DNA of 64,000 nt, taken from contig JBHGNT010000001.1 of NCBI GenBank assembly GCA_043228905.1, positions 17,980,001 through 18,044,000 of the forward strand, written 5' to 3'. Below the pieces are notes generated by a model. That model had not been told where the DNA came from. It made no database searches and saw only the letters and a program-made list of their open reading frames with translations. Origin of the DNA: Azolla caroliniana (taxonomy: Eukaryota; Plantae; Polypodiophyta). Both the position numbers and the translations under genes were made by a program. Positions 22,616 through 35,593 of this stretch are shown here, in pieces; position 1 is the stretch's first letter; each line of letters starts with the position of its first letter.

Positions 22616-24943
22616 TTTAGCCTGTATTATTTGTGGTTTTCATAGGTTGTTGTTGGTTTGATCAGGTCATCATTTATGCAGAATTTTACTAATGAAGCAT
22701 ATTTTGTTTGGAAAAGAGAGAGAGTGTGTGAATTGAAGAAGAAGACAATGATTAAGAGAGAATAATTGCAAGAAAAGGAAGAGCTCCTCATGACAAGGGA
22801 ACTAAAGGAATTTAGTTGATAAAACAGCAAGTGATAGAGGAATAGCCTATCACAAGAGCTTTTGTCCATCAAGTGATAATCAAGAGTTTGAACCTCCTTC
22901 CCTACAAATATAGAAGATGTGCGAGTCAAGTTATTTTACATTCTCTAGACGATTAAAGTGTTATTGTTTACGTAATGAAAATTGATTTATTCAAGGAATA
23001 AAAGTTTTCGGTTTTCATTTCATCCTCTTTGACAAACAATTCTGCATAATCCCATTCTCTTTCCTCCAACCATTGTTTACGTCCACAATCTCCACTTGAA
23101 TACAGTCAAGAGCCACCAAGGGAGGGTGGGTAGTTTCGGTGGGTAGAGTCGAGTAGGTCCATTTCTCAACATGCTATGAGGCTCTGGGGGAGGAAATTAT
23201 CCCATAGAGTGAGTCGAGCCCGTCTCGCCACGGAGCAACAACATCGCCCGAAATGCGCATGTGTGAAAGCATGGTAGAACCGCAAGGGTTTTGAACTAGG
23301 AGAGGAGTTTAGTGTCTTGTAGTTTGGATTCATGCTTAACTTTTTGGACTTTTGGCTTCCTTTCACACCTTGCTCGTCTCATTCCTAACATTTTTCCTAC
23401 TCCTAGCACTCCTAACATCACACTCTCTCTTCTCACTCGTAGTTCTTGTCTCATTGTTAGCACACAATTAGTCACCAAACAATTTTTTTGTTAATCAAGT
23501 TTGCAATTATAATTAATGAGGACTTTCTCCTCCTCATTCCCTTAATCCCTTCAGTTTCCCTAATCTACTTCGTGCCGATCCCCTTCAAATGGTCCTAACC
23601 TTTGTCTTTTATTGCAAGAATTGAAGTCACATCCTCCATATTAGCAAGAGAATGTTTAAGCTATCATACTTCCTTATGATCATATTTCTCCTTCCTAAGC
23701 TACCATCTCTACATACTTGTGATGTTGACCACTTTCTCACGTCATGCCATTGGACTTTGCATAACTTATGCGTGAGAAAGGAAATGCAGAATGCAATTGC
23801 ATTTTCTAGAACGTTGAAGAAGTTATGACATCGTTTTGTCGATGTAGTAGCATAATAATACCAAATGCTACTCACAACCAAATATGATTTCTACACCCAC
23901 GTGCCTAAACATCAACATGTCTCTCTCTCTCACTCCCTGTGTGTACGGAGCTCCAAAATATCCCCGAGTTATTTCAAAAGTGCTTTTTAGGTTTCCAATT
24001 TATCCCCCCCCCCCCCTTCACCTCATACATGACCTTGTTGCTCTTGGACCAATGATACCCCAACCCCCATTTTCAATATGTATGTATGTATGTATGTATA
24101 TGTAGATATGTGTGTGGCACCACCACAAATGTACATACATACATAATATATGTACATATATATATATAAATAACCGGAAATACAACAGTAAAAAGAAAGG
24201 AAAACGTAGCACGGTAATTTGTTTTCTTCTTTTGTTTTTCTCAATTATTATAACGGCTGGAAAAAAAATATAGATTTGTTGGCACGTGGCGGTAATCCCA
24301 CAAAGAAAACCGAATGTCCAAACGGGCGGTAGCCGGTCGCTGCAAAATCAGCTTCATGGACTCTCTCTGTCTCTTCTCTCTCATTCTCTCTTTCTCTGTG
24401 TTTGCTTCTTCTTCTTCTTCTTCTTCTTCTTCTTCAACGACGACGACTACTACTGCGACTAACAATCAGATCAAAATATTTTAGAATCATCCGCTCTTTC
24501 TCTGCTGCTGCGCAGACATGATATGATGGTTTCTTCGTCTTCTTCTTCTCCTTCTAACACAGAACCCATCTTTGAAAAATCATCGTATTAACGTAGAGTA
24601 GTGATCCAACAACTGTCTGTTTCTTATTCTATTCTTCTTCATCTTCATCTTTATCATCGTCGTCATTTTCCTCTTTCTCTTCATTTTCTTCTTCTCACAA
24701 AGAACTCATCTCACGAAACTCTTCCTTCTCACTTTTCTTCGTCGTCCATGTCTCTACTGAAGGTAATGCGGCCTCTTCTGCTTCCCCTATCCTCGGACCT
24801 AACAAATGCTGTACAGGGAATATCTCGTCTGTTCTGACTCTGCTCGGTATGAGAACCCCAACAAAACCGAAGCCAATATTATGGATTAATTACTTTCCCG
24901 AGCAGGAAAGGTTTTGAGTTATAGATGAAGATCAGAATCCGCC

Positions 24944-25133
24944 ATGTCTGAATATATCGCAGTTCAGAAAGGGAAGCTGGTTTCTAGTAGTGGTAAGAAC
25001 AGGAAGAAGAAGAAGAAGAAGCAGATAGGAGGTGGGTGTGGGGGCGTCTTTTTACAGATCTTCAATGGAAAGCGACTGTTTTCTTGGAAATCTCTTCCAG
25101 AAGGTATGCAATATATGCACATGGAGAGGGAGG

Positions 25134-25192
<59 letters not shown>

Positions 25193-25384
25193 TTATCTGT
25201 TTCATGTCTTTCTATGCGTACGTCTGTTTCTAGTTCTATGCCGCCACCATTTGTGCTTATCATGTAATTCATACTTCTTTTTTTGTTTGTTCTCCTCGAA
25301 ATGAAGCCTCATAAGTACTAGAAACACTGTAGGGGTATACGAGAGTAAGTTGGGTTCGTCCTAAATGGGAAACGAGAAGACATT

Positions 25385-25420
<36 letters not shown>

Positions 25421-28400
25421 AGTCACAGGCTCAATTTCTTTTGTTTTTACAGCAAGACCGCCCGATCATGATGATGAGAAGAGACCCATGGCCAAGTTGC
25501 TTCTGGTAAGTTTTCCTTCATTTTCTTGTCCATTCCTTCTTTTTTGTTGCTGCATAGTACATGGTAGATAGACCTATCGGATATGGCACATAGATCAGCT
25601 CACTTAAGTTTCTCATTTTTTTTGCATACTTTAAAACTAAGGTAACGGTGAAATTTGAAGCAGAATGCAGATGAGAGTATAGGTAGATGTGGACAAGGAG
25701 ACTCATCAGAAGATGATATCCTTAAAACTGAACCCAAAGAGGATGATTTTGTTTTCGAGAATGAACATGAATTTTCACATGGAAAGAAATTACCAAATCT
25801 GGTTGCAAGGCTCATGGGCCTTGAAACAATGCCACCATCTCCAGAGCCTCTTCTTTTTGATGGGAACGAGATGGATCCCGATACAAATGACGACGTTGAT
25901 TGTAATTCTTTACCAAAAGTATTGGACTCAATTGAAGATTCAAACAGCAACATTCGTGACATACAACCAACAAGAAGTAAACCTAAGAAGTCAGAAAATG
26001 ATCATTCTCTTGAGAAGAAGATCCTTTTCACTCCTAAGGGTTCCTTATCTTGTGCAGATAAGGATAAAGGGGACGTGTATAAATGGATAGGCAGTTCTCG
26101 TCGACCTCCCCATCAGCTCGATTCTTCATTTCCATCTGGTTCTACGCCACCAAAAAGAGGTCCTTATTTTAACAAAGATTCTCTTTCAATTAACAGAGCT
26201 ACTAATATTCGTGAAAGAAACTTGCATCAACTGCTTAAGGTGAATCAAACCAGACATGTAGGTTTGGTATCAAAGCCTCGAAATGCTGCTATGTTGAACA
26301 CTGATAAAAGTAAAGGCAAGTTTGGTTGTGTTTTAACTCAGAATGAAGAAGAAACTAAGGTGCGAAGCCGGATGCAGAACACAAGTAAGGAAATGGTCAA
26401 TAAAACTGATAAAAATAAGAGTTTGCTGCAAGAGCTTCAAAGGAGGTATAGGTATCAACAAGAATTGACGAAACGAATTGATTCTGAGCTCAAAAAGACC
26501 AGAAAGGGATGTGACCCACATGAGGAGATAAGGAGACGTAGAAGCAAACAAGAAGAAACGAGTAGGAGACTAAGCCAACCAAGTTCAAGATCAATGGGAA
26601 CTAACAAGTTAAGGCAATCTAGCTCCCTTAAACCTAAGCTTACATCAACAAATACCTTTGGTTCTTCCAAAGCACCAAGAAGTATGTTGTCTTCAAATGC
26701 TGTCGAGCTCTCAAAAAAAATGAGGTCTTGTGTCGAGAGCAATATTGTCCCGACTGTAGCATTGAGTAGCTCTTCTGTAAATGGATGCCCTGAGCAGAGC
26801 GAAGAGGGTAGTAATTGTATCGAGCAAAAAAGAGGCTCTAATATGGCTCTTCATGAGTCTGAAAATGTGTTTGATACAGCATCGATTGATGAGTACTTGA
26901 ATAGTGAAACCGTAAATTGTTTGCAAAGTAGCAGTACTCCTGTGAATAATGCATCTGAATTCATTAGAAATGAAGTGGAGCTATCAAGTCATGATGATGG
27001 TGATGGAGCTCATGTTGTAGGCTATGATAGAGTTCAAGCAAGGTGGGAAAATGATGATAATAGTAATGGTAATGGTAAGGGTTTTGGTGCCAAACGAGTC
27101 TTAGATTTTGTAAAGGCCGAGCGTAGTACTTGTGATTCTCGTTTTGGAGACTCGGGAGACATGGGTTGTTCTTTGCATGCAGAGCTGCTGGACATTAGTA
27201 GCCGCACATGTGATTCGGTTTCACACTCAGAAAAGAATAATGTGTCGGTAATCCTACATGAACTGCTAGCTGCATTGACCTCTTCTAAGTCAGGCTTAGA
27301 ATCTAAAAGGGATTCCTATGGTGAAGATTCAAGAAATAAGTGTTCGGAAATGATCTCACCACAGCGTTCAATGGATAGGCAACTCAGAGAAAAGGCTTTT
27401 GGGGTTGATTGGGGTTCAGAAAATACTTTATGTAACTCAAGTATTGATGGTGGAGATCAAGAGCTTGATTCTCTGTTTGAGGATTCAACTTGTGATAATA
27501 CAGTAAAGAGTCTCGGATCTAAAGAAGGTACAATTATATAAGTTCTTTTCTTGTTGAACCTTATTGAAAATTTACATGTTGATGGGATTTGGAGCACATC
27601 ATGCACACATGCATTGCAAATTTTAATATTCACAAATGTTTTGCAAATTTACGATGTTGATGAAGTTGACTAACATCAAACTTTGTGACCTATAGCACAA
27701 AACACTTGGTTCAAGCCTAGCCACTCAGAGAGCATGGATTATAGTAATTCCACCATGCAGGACACACAAGTGGTGGACATTGATGCAAGTGAAATAGCGG
27801 GAATCAATGGAAGGCCAGCCAAAGAAGGTCGAGAGTGTTTCCCGGATAGTATTATTGATTGTGATGCTCTCCTCAACACTATATCAAGATTGCATAGTAT
27901 CAATCCCGAAGCCATAGGATTGACTCCAAGGATGCCAGGATACAAGAACAACCATCATGATGATAGAGATTATAAGACAATAAGTTGTTCTCCTTTGATT
28001 GGCCGAACTCTATCATTTCTGAAGCCTGATGATGAGATGCAAAGCTCTGAGCAAGCATTTTCCTTGTCCTCTACTAGCGTGTCTGCCAATGACGAAGAAG
28101 AAACCAATAATTCTTGCAAAGTTGGTGGTGATACATGCCAAAATGAGGATGCTTTAGTTCAAAATAAAAAGTTAATCTCTGATTGCATCAATGAAGCATT
28201 CCGAAGCTTGGGAAGGCAAATGTATGCTATCTCTTCTTTCACCAACCCGTCTTCGGCTTCTCATGTCCTCAGTAAGGTGTACAAACAAATTGATGATTGG
28301 AAGGGGATGTCGATCGGCATGAACTTGGATGATATGGTAGAGAAAGAAATGAATACTCACATTGGAGGATGGCATGGTCATCATGACTTGGGTGATGAGG

Positions 28401-28474
28401 CTGAGGAAGCAGAGGTCATAGAGAGCACGATATTCAATCGTTTGATTGAGGAATTCGTCCTCGAGCTAATGTGA
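24944..28474 (+). CDS. TON1-recruiting motif (TRM/LONGIFOLIA-family) protein with VARLMGL motif and C-terminal DUF4378; exons 24944-25103, 25453-25505, 25664-27527, 27696-28474 (951 aa)
   Basis: GT-AG introns with compatible phases (1,0,1). N-terminal GGCGGVFLQIF, LVARLMGLE, and C-terminal KLISDCINEA...LDDMVEKEM...IESTIFNRLIEEFV. Confidence 0.88.
25140..25189. repeat. (GA)n microsatellite in intron 1; a (CA)n tract also lies at 25387-25417
   Basis: Seen directly. Confidence 0.95.
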
Positions 28475-29680
28475 AATGGCTATGACATTGTCGTAAATGG
28501 GGACACATGCCTCTTTGATTGTCATAAACTGCTCAGCGAGAATGCCACATGCTTTTCCTGGGATACACAATGGGTTCAAGACTAAGGGAGCAAAATATTG
28601 TATTTGAGCTTTTGGTCTAGGCTAGATCTTGATCAATCCAATATACATTTTTCTATTGTAGTCACATTCCAACATTTGGAATGGTCAAGCATTACAAGTA
28701 GCTGCTAGCTGGCTATTTTATAACTCTTATTATTTTTTCCTCATTTTTTAAATGACTTGTATAAACATGAAGTCCACATTTTATTCATTGGCAATCACAA
28801 TTAATTTATTTCAGAAAGGCTTTATTTGTATTTAACCTTTCACATTCTCAGTCTTCTTATGGTGCCAAGAGTGAATGTTCTTGCATTCCTATACAACGTT
28901 CTATGTCGACCCCTATCCTATGTCGACCCCTATCCACTGATGATGAACAAGAAGCACTAGAAAGTAAATGCCAATATTGGAAAGACTGATTGCTGAAATG
29001 TAAAGAACATATGGGTTCATGCTCCTAGAAAGGACATTGACTTTCATACCGGAAAGAGTGATAATGCATTCCTAGCTTTTGCCTCATCTTGGCTTCTTGT
29101 AATGTCAATATGAATGCGTTGTTATTCTCATGAATTGCATCATAAATGTTATGAGTTACGTTTTGTAAAATGAAATATTCATTTTGAGGTTGTTTCTTTA
29201 TGGTTTTGCATAGATGGGAGGGAATCAGTGTAGGTTTAGGATATTGAGATCCACTATTCCTTCAAATTTTGAGAATAAAGATGCTTCAATTGTAAAATTC
29301 TTAACCCCTTTTCGAATTGAATTGTCTTCTCGAATTGAACAAAAAATATAAGACATAAAAGCATCAACAGACTTTGTGGGCTATAGAACAAGTTGGAAGT
29401 AGCCCTTTGTGGGTAATAAGAATAGACTGTCCTATTCTCTATTGTACAAGTTTGAGGTGAAATTGACAATTTCTCAATTCATTTAGTAGCGAGCTCTTGG
29501 TTTCTCCTTGCACACCTGAAAGTCCTCTTCGAGTAAGCTAGCTAACTAAGCAGACCTTGTTGGGCTTGTTAGCCACAAATGGGGTCTTTTATGAGGGTGG
29601 ATTGTATATTGGGGTTTGTAGAGAATCACCAATTAAGTGGTATTTATGCTATATCCTTGTAACACACTACCTACAAATGT

Positions 29681-32600
29681 TGTTATGAATCGGTGGAGCA
29701 GAGAGCCAAGATAGAATAGTTGAGGGAAGAAAAACTCTGTTTCTAAAAGGGGGAAAAAACAGAAGATACGATGGTTGTAATAATATCGCCTCTCTATCAC
29801 AGAGGGGTTTTTCTCATACACCCTATATCTCGAAAAGGGGAAAAATAAAGTAAAAGGTAAAAGACAGGAGCACAAGCCATTTTGGCCTTTTCACACTATG
29901 TACATGTCTCTATGTACATATGTTAAGAATTAGGTAATTAAGCAAGAGTTAATTAGTACCTAATTATGTGATTAAGTTAAGTGCGGAAGATTATGTGATA
30001 TGTGTGTGTATGTGTGTGAGAGGAAGAGAGAGAGGAAGCTACACTTATGAACATCCCCTATCTTGTGTTGTTCATAAGTGTAGCTTCCTCTCTCTCTTCC
30101 TCACACACATACACACACATATCACATAATCTTCTGCACTTAACTTAATCACATAATTAGGTACTAATTCTTAACTCTTGTTACGAATTAGGTAATTAAC
30201 CCATACTTAATCACCTAATTCTTAACATGGTATTAGACGTGTGGTTTAGAAAATCCATTAAGCCCACCCAACTCTGTGATTGTGTGTTCGAGACGCCGAC
30301 GACAAAATCCGACTATCGTCTATCATAGTGCCGCTACGTAGCACGTGTACGTGATCGAAGGAAGAAAAGTAAAAGAAGAGAAGACACTATATCAAAATGA
30401 ACTCACAAATGGGTAGCTCGCTCCCTAGTGAAAAGTTAGACCAGAGCAATTATTCATCTTGGGAGTACAAGATGACCCAATACCTTGTCAGCCAAGGGTA
30501 TTGGAGCTACATCAACGGCGCACAAGAAAATCGACCCGACTTGAAGAACGCCGACTATGCAACATGGGAGCAAGCGGCGAGTCGAGTCATGTATTGCTTG
30601 GCAACATGTGTCCATGACCACATGCTTAGCCACATTCGAGACGCCAAGAAGCCTAAAGAAGCGTGGGCGAACTTAAAGAAAATGTTCGCCACCAACACAA
30701 CTGCCCGAAAGCTTCAACTTCGACAAGAGTTGAACAACATTCGGCAAAAAGACATGTTCGTGTCGGACTACACCGCCAAGATCAAGAGCATTTGCGACTC
30801 GCTTGGCTCCATCAAAATAAATGTTGATGAAGACAAGATGGTTCAAGTATGCTTTGGCGGCCTCTCACAATCGTGATTTGACTCGTTGAGGACGACAGTC
30901 TCGGTGAGGGAAAACCCTCTGTTCTTCGACCTTCAATCAATGCTATTGGTTGAAGAGAACCACGTCCAAACCAAAATCAAGACATCGGAAGGACAAATGT
31001 TCTTCCCGAATTCGGATGGTGGCCGAGAACGAAATCGGGTGGTAGAAGAGGTCGATTCGACCCATCGAATGAAGGGAACTCAAGCCATTGAGGAACCTTC
31101 GGAAGAAGGGGGAGCTTCCATGCTGAACAAGGTCGGAAAACGTGGCCCATCACTTTCAATTATTGCGCCGAATTACGCCGCCAACTACGAATAGGATGAC
31201 TACGATGGACTATTCGTAATGAGGCATAGAGTGAACTTTATGTCGGCCTTCGACTCCGCAAGCACCTCCAATTCGGAAGACGTGTGGTTCGTCGATTCCG
31301 GCGCCTCACATCACATGACATCCCACGAAGAGTGGTTTAGTGATTTGCGCACACCCGATCGACCCAGTGTCATAGAGACGGGAGACAACACCACACATCC
31401 CATTTGGCACATCGGCAATGTCCCATTCGGGAAAGAAGGTGAGCAAACTTGCATCAAGAATGTCTTGCACATGCCCACAATAATGAAGAATTTGGTCTCA
31501 GTCGGCCAAATCGTGGAGCAAGGCATGTAAGTCCGCTTCAACAACGAAGGTTGTTTCATCGAGAAAGATGGCCGACTCATAACCAAGGGATGGAGAGACA
31601 ATCGAATGTTCATCCTTGATTTGAATGAGGTGAAATCAACCATGTATGCTAAAGTTCTTAAAATCGAGACGAACATCGAGTTGCGGCACTAAGAGAATTG
31701 GCCACATAAACCTCCAACGGCTTCGAGCAATGCAATCAAAGGGAGTCGTCATCGGACTTCCGGCATTCGAGTCGACCAAGTATGCAAAGCATGCCAACTC
31801 GGCAAACAACATCGACTCCCATTTACGAAGGAGAGCTCCGCAAGCAAAGGCCTCCTCGACATCATACACTCGGATGTATGGGAGCCGGCTCAAACGCCGA
31901 CGATCGACGAATACCGATTGTACGTCACCTTCATCGACGACTACTCGTGCTATTCGATCTTCCCGATGAAGAAGAAGAGCGAAGTGTTCTCCCACTTCCA
32001 AAAGGGGCAAGTCGAAAAAGAAACCGGTCGGCACATTCGATGCCTACGATCGGATGGGGGAAATGAGTACTTCTCCGATGAATTCACCTCCTACCTCAAA
32101 AGTGAAGGTATTCGGAGAGAATTCTCATGCCGACACACACCCCAACAAAATGGAGTCGCCGAAAGGAAAAATCGGCAAATACTCGAGGTAGCATGCGCCA
32201 TGATGCATGAGAAGCACATGCTGAACCTCTATTGGGCAGAAGCGGCATCCATGGTCGTCTATCTCATGAATCGGTGTACCACTAATGGAGTGCATGAGGT
32301 AACTCAATATGAGCTCCTTGTCGGACGGAAGTCGATCCTGTCACACCTCAAGGTGTTCGGAATCATTGCGAATGTACACATCCTGAACGAACAACGACAG
32401 AAGCTTGACGTGAAGTCGGAGGAATGTATCCTCATAGGATACTCGTCCGAGAGGAAGGCATACAAGTGCTATAACCCTTCGACCTGAGCGGTTCGGTTGA
32501 GTCGAGACGTAGTCTTCGATGAATCGGCATCTTGGTATAAGCCTGATTCGACTCCACCTGACTCGACTGAGAAAGAGTTGAACGTCAACTCAGAGGACGA

Positions 32601-33812
32601 TATTCGGACAAGTCCTCTACCATAGGACAATCCAAGCCCGCGTAAGCCTTCAAGCATTCCAAGCACATCGTGGCCAAGTACGACCTTGGACAAAGGCAAT
32701 GGTAAGATGCCGGAATACGAAGGCGACCACCCTGACGACAGTGATTCGGATGAGTCAGCTCCCTCACTAGACAGTGAGTTTGGTGTACCCATCATGTGGA
32801 CACCCGGAGTAAAGAAGGCGCTTACATTAGCGAGTGAAAACGTTCGACGTTCATCTAGAGCTAAGAACCCCATCACCCGGTTCGATGACAACGAGTACAT
32901 GGCCCATCACTATGCCTTCGCGATGAATGTAGCGGCCGAACAAGAGCCCAAGAGCTCCACCAAAGCGGCTCATAACCCACGATGGGTGGCAAGAGTCGAC
33001 CTTCGCCCACACACTACAAGCCTTTGTCACCGGCTTGAGGGAGAGGAACCGAGATTGCCTCGGAAAGGTCGAAGAAAGCCGAAGGCCAAACGGAAGCACA
33101 CGAAGCCGACGAAAGCCAAAGCGGATGTCGGACACCTCACACTTGAGCTTGAGGGGGCGTGTTGAGATATCAAGCTCAACTTAGTTTAGTTGGTTAGTTA
33201 ACCATGTAACTTCGTAGTTACCTAGATAGAATCTAGTTAGAAGTGTTGACTATAACGCCTTAAATAGGACCTTGTACTTAAGTGGGATATTCTAGATCCT
33301 CCACTCCCAAGTACATTTAATATAGGACTTACACCTTTGTACCTATATTCTCCTCATACATGTGCACCCTTGCACATGAGATCTATATATACCTCATTGT
33401 AGGTATTTTTGTATTTGATGATGCTTTCTAATATAGTTACTCATCCCCCATCTTGTGTTGTTCATAAGTGTATCTTCCTCCCTCTCTTCCTCTCACACAC
33501 ATACACACACACATATCATGTAATCTTCCGCACTTAACTTAATCACATAATTAGGTACTAATTAATTCTTGCTTAATTACCTAATTCTCAACAACATATA
33601 ACAATCTCCCACTAAAAGGCATAAACTAAGAGTGCGAACAATAGAAAGTTCAACTATACAAGGATTATACCTCCCACCTGATGGGCATGTTACATAAGGC
33701 ATTAGGTGATCCCCATCAAGTGACAACAATGCCCCAATGCATCTTGTGGTAAGGCCTTGGTCAATGCGTCTGCGGCATTTTCTCGAGACACAACCTTCTC
33801 AAGGCTAATGGG
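29681..33812 (-). mobile_element. Copia-7 remnant: RNaseH end, PPT and 3' LTR (29681-29920 + 33599-33603), split by Copia-8
   Basis: Minus-strand ISLEKVVSRENAADALTKAL; PPT TAGTGGGAGAT followed by TGTTAT. The left LTR boundary is inferred from the TGTTAT/ATAACA terminal symmetry. Confidence 0.65.
29921..33593 (+). mobile_element. Copia-8: RT-less copia, TSD ACATA, fold-back 5' LTR (29921-30227), normal 3' LTR 33160-33593
   Basis: ACATA at 29916-29920 and 33594-33598. PBS TGGTATTAGA at 30228; gag from 30397; PR and INT fragments; RT/RNaseH missing at about 32990; PPT GAGGGGGCG. Confidence 0.9.
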
Positions 33813-34117
33813 TGAAAACATGCGAGTGGAAACAATTAGCTATGCAAAAAGCTACCATTGATAAATAGTCATTTTTGCCAAAAGCTACCATTGATAAATT
33901 AGCTATGCAAAAAGCTAATATTAAAAATAGTACAGAGTTTTAATTATATAAATGAGCACCATAAATGTGCAACATAAACGTGCAATATAAATTGATATGT
34001 GCACCATAAATCATATACTCAATTCCTAGGTCCATTATGCATGATCCTTTGCCACATCACATGGGCCATCTTTGGTTGAGTATTCTGGCTTAGATTACTA
34101 CCATTGTTGCTAAACCC

Positions 34118-34975
34118 TATTGAGTCCACTCCTCCATTGCCGCCATTCTACACTCAGTTACCGACACTGTGTGGTCCAAGTATCATCTGCCACTGTTTGA
34201 TCCGACGGAGTTCACTCCTCCATTGCCGCCATTCTACACTCAGTTGCCGCCATTGTTTAGTCCCAACATCATCTGCCAAGTTCACTCCCCCATTGCCGCC
34301 ATTCTACAATTAGTTGCCGCTACTGTGAAGGTCGTATATTGTTGCCACTTTTCGATCCGACGGAGTTAAGTCCTTCTCCATTGCCGCCATTCTACTCTCA
34401 ATTGCCATCACTGTGTGTTCCAAGCATCATCTGCCACTATTCGATCTGACGGAGTTCATTCCTCCATTGCCATCATTCTACACTCAGTTGCCGCTACTAT
34501 TCGGTGACTGGTTCTGGATTGCTGCCACTTTTCGATTTGAGGGAGTTCACTCCTTCTCCACTACCGCCATTGTACTCTCAGTTGTCGTCATTGTGCGTTC
34601 CAAGCATCATCTGCGATTGTTCGATCTGACGGAGTTCACTCCTCCATTGCCATCATTCTACACTTAGTTTCCGCTACTGTTCAGTGGTGTATTGTTGCCA
34701 CTTTTCGATCCGAAGGAGTTCACTCCTTCTCCATTGCTGCCATTCTACTCTCAGTTGTCATCACTGTGCGTTCCAAGCATCATCTGCCACTGTTCGATCC
34801 GACGGAATTCACTCCTCCATTGCCATCATTCTACACTCAATTGCAGCCATTGTTCGGTCCTGGATTGTCAAAACTGTTCGATCAAATAGAGTTCACTCCT
34901 CCACTGCCACCATTCTAGACTCAGTTGCCGCCACTATTCAGCCCTGGATTACCACCACTGTTCGGTCTTGGATTT
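34118..34975. repeat. Degenerate tandem array, about 10 copies of a ~87-bp unit arranged as ~173-180-bp dimers
   Basis: Recurring GGAGTTCACTCCT(T)CCATTGCCGCCATTCTAC; CAAGCATCATCTGC at 34421, 34601 and 34774. Confidence 0.85.
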
Positions 34976-35125
34976 GAATAACTATTCTGTCTATTGTTTA
35001 TCTTGTGTATTGTTGTGTATAATCTTGTGTATTACGGAATATTCTTGTGTATTATTGTTGCCCATAGCCATCTTTAATACGTGTCTTTTTCTCGGGAAAA
35101 TTAGGGTTTAAACCCGTCGATCCAA

Positions 35126-35544
35126 ATGGAAGGGGAAGGAGGGTGTTTAGAATTACTCCTCAATGATCATCAGGATATGGATGACGCTATAAGGACACAA
35201 CAAGCGATACGAAAGTATTGGGCAGAAAAAAAAACATCGTCATTTGTTGAAGGATACGAAAGCCACACTCACTAAAGGTAAAGATAGTATTGGTTGCGAT
35301 ATAGGTCTAAATATCACTGAAGATGGAAGTAATGAGACTACTATCATAGAGAGAAAGGTTGTAGACTATTTCAATGTTCAAACCAAGCACATCAGCAATG
35401 AAGACAAGAAGGTAGTACTTTGTGGAATATTAAATGATCCATCGATAAAGGAGTTAGTGTTGGGGACAAGGTCGTCGGTGCGGAAGAACAAAACAACATC
35501 TGTGATGTTGAAGGATCTGTGTATGAGAAGAACAAGATACACAC

Positions 35545-35593
<49 letters not shown>

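Noticed and set aside
22620-24300. Short ORFs upstream of the TRM gene
   Set aside because: No recognisable domains; likely promoter or decayed intergenic sequence.
24944-25304. ORFs with RERERE or SLSLSL runs
   Set aside because: Translation through the intronic (GA)n microsatellite.
28901-28934. 17-bp perfect tandem duplication downstream of the TRM gene
   Set aside because: An ordinary slippage or repair duplication with no further structure.
34118-34975. Possible CRISPR-like array
   Set aside because: The units are degenerate and the intervening sequences are related to each other; the context is eukaryotic and no cas genes are present.
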